Positions 62,837 through 64,000 of a stretch of 64,000 nucleotides of DNA are shown piece after piece. The translations under genes were made by a program, and so were the position numbers. The DNA lies in the NCBI GenBank assembly GCA_002269645.1, contig NIVC01002440.1, positions 62,001-126,000 on the forward strand, written 5' to 3'. Source of the DNA: Macrostomum lignano. Its lineage: Eukaryota. Within the stretch, counting starts at the first letter, position 1. Each line of letters begins with the position of its first letter. The notes beneath the pieces are model-generated. The model searched no databases. It was not told the origin of the DNA and saw nothing but the letters and a program-made list of their open reading frames with translations.

Positions 62837-63848
62837 CCCGATGATTGAGATCTGAGCAAACAGGGTTATCTGGGGAAAGTACCAGAAGAAATAAACCCCA
62901 AATAACCTTCACGAAATCATTTGAAAATGGAAATATGAATCGCTTAGTATAATTAAAATATCAACTTCCGTGTTCAAAACAAAAGCAAGTCAGGAAACCT
63001 TTAACAAAAAGTAATTAAAAAATCGTCATTAAGCAGGAAGGAAGTGGTGCGTTATAGATATTTTTCATTGAAGTAAAAAAGGAAGTCAAAGTCAGACACC
63101 TGCGCACAGCTTCACAGAGGAAATATTGAACAAATGACAGTTAATGAATGCATTTACAGACAGCCAGACAGACAGGTCACCTGTTTAACCGGATTCAACA
63201 TTGTTAAGCGATCTGAACAGCAAACTATTAAATCTCAGAGGGCGATTGCGTGGCAACAATTGAGTCATGCTGCAATTCTAAGAAATATTGAAAATATTTC
63301 AAAATGATTTTCAGTTTTGCGTTCGGCAAAGTTCAAATACTAGCAGAAATAGAAGCAGAAATTTTTGTTAGAATTTTCTGGAACACGGCAAGATTTGGGC
63401 GTTCCGGATTTGACTATTTTACCGGATTTGACTATTTCAGAATCTGAGAAACGGCTCGATGTCGGTGCCAAATATTCTTAGAAATGGCACGAACAGTTTT
63501 TGTATGAATCTTTTCGCCGATTCGAAACGATAAAACCACGGTTAGAAAAGCAGATCCAGGAACGGCAATGACTGCTTCTAAGAAACGTTTTGACATTTCT
63601 AGGAAATAGACAAATTCTTAGAAATGCTGGTCCAGGAACAGGGGCTCTTCTCTTTCTAAACTCTTCTAAGTGTTTCTATGAAGTGGAAAGCTTTCTAAAA
63701 GAGCAGATCTAATAATCGCAGAGGCGGTTTCTATGAAAGCTTCAGCTTTTCAGAAATGCGCATTCAGGTGAGAACTGGAGGCGGCCAAGCCTAATCCCGG
63801 ATCCCATCCCAAGAAACGCAGCAGACTCAAGCGGCTCAGGACAAGCGG

Positions 63849-64000
63849 CTAGCCGTCAAACAGCAGGTGCCGATGCGAGCTCAGGACCAGCTCAAACCAG
63901 GGCGTGGGCGGTTCGCCCGCAGCTCGCCGCTCGGCCACAAAGTCGTCCAGCTCAGCGTCGGCCAGCCAAGCCGTGGCGGCCACCTCGTTGGGATCCGGCC
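63849..64000 (-). CDS. IDI1: 3' end of isopentenyl-diphosphate delta-isomerase-like (Nudix fold) gene, running off the window
   Basis: PDPNEVAATAWLADAELDDFVAERRAAGEPPTPWFELV...* resembles the IDI type I C-terminus (PDPNEI...EEL...G...TPWF). Confidence 0.6.
   Translation of the reverse strand, partial: PDPNEVAATAWLADAELDDFVAERRAAGEPPTPWFELVLSSHRHLLFDG

Overview
Eukaryotic (metazoan) genomic DNA. GC-rich exons, short introns swollen by minisatellites and probable trans-splicing point to a free-living flatworm such as Macrostomum lignano (inference). Every intact gene I can model lies on the minus strand. From right to left: the 3' end of an IDI1-like gene, a CWC25-like gene, NUP58, TAF10, a three-exon small secreted protein, a ~755-aa unknown protein with an apparent 1-nt frameshift, CNOT1 (9 coding exons reconstructed with consistent phases, first coding exon not found), a two-exon neuropeptide precursor encoding 16 copies of FDPLMM between KK/KR sites, and the signal-peptide exon of a Cys-rich secreted protein. 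About 25 different tandem arrays occupy over a quarter of the window. Most introns carry their own array, and several unrelated arrays share a GGATCTG(G/A)G core. A ~9 kb AT-rich block upstream of the first CNOT1 exon found contains MITEs with TIRs and TSDs, a decayed LINE and, at its edge, an RPS12 retropseudogene, with signs of CpG deamination. No prokaryotic features, CRISPR array, rRNA or tRNA were recognised.
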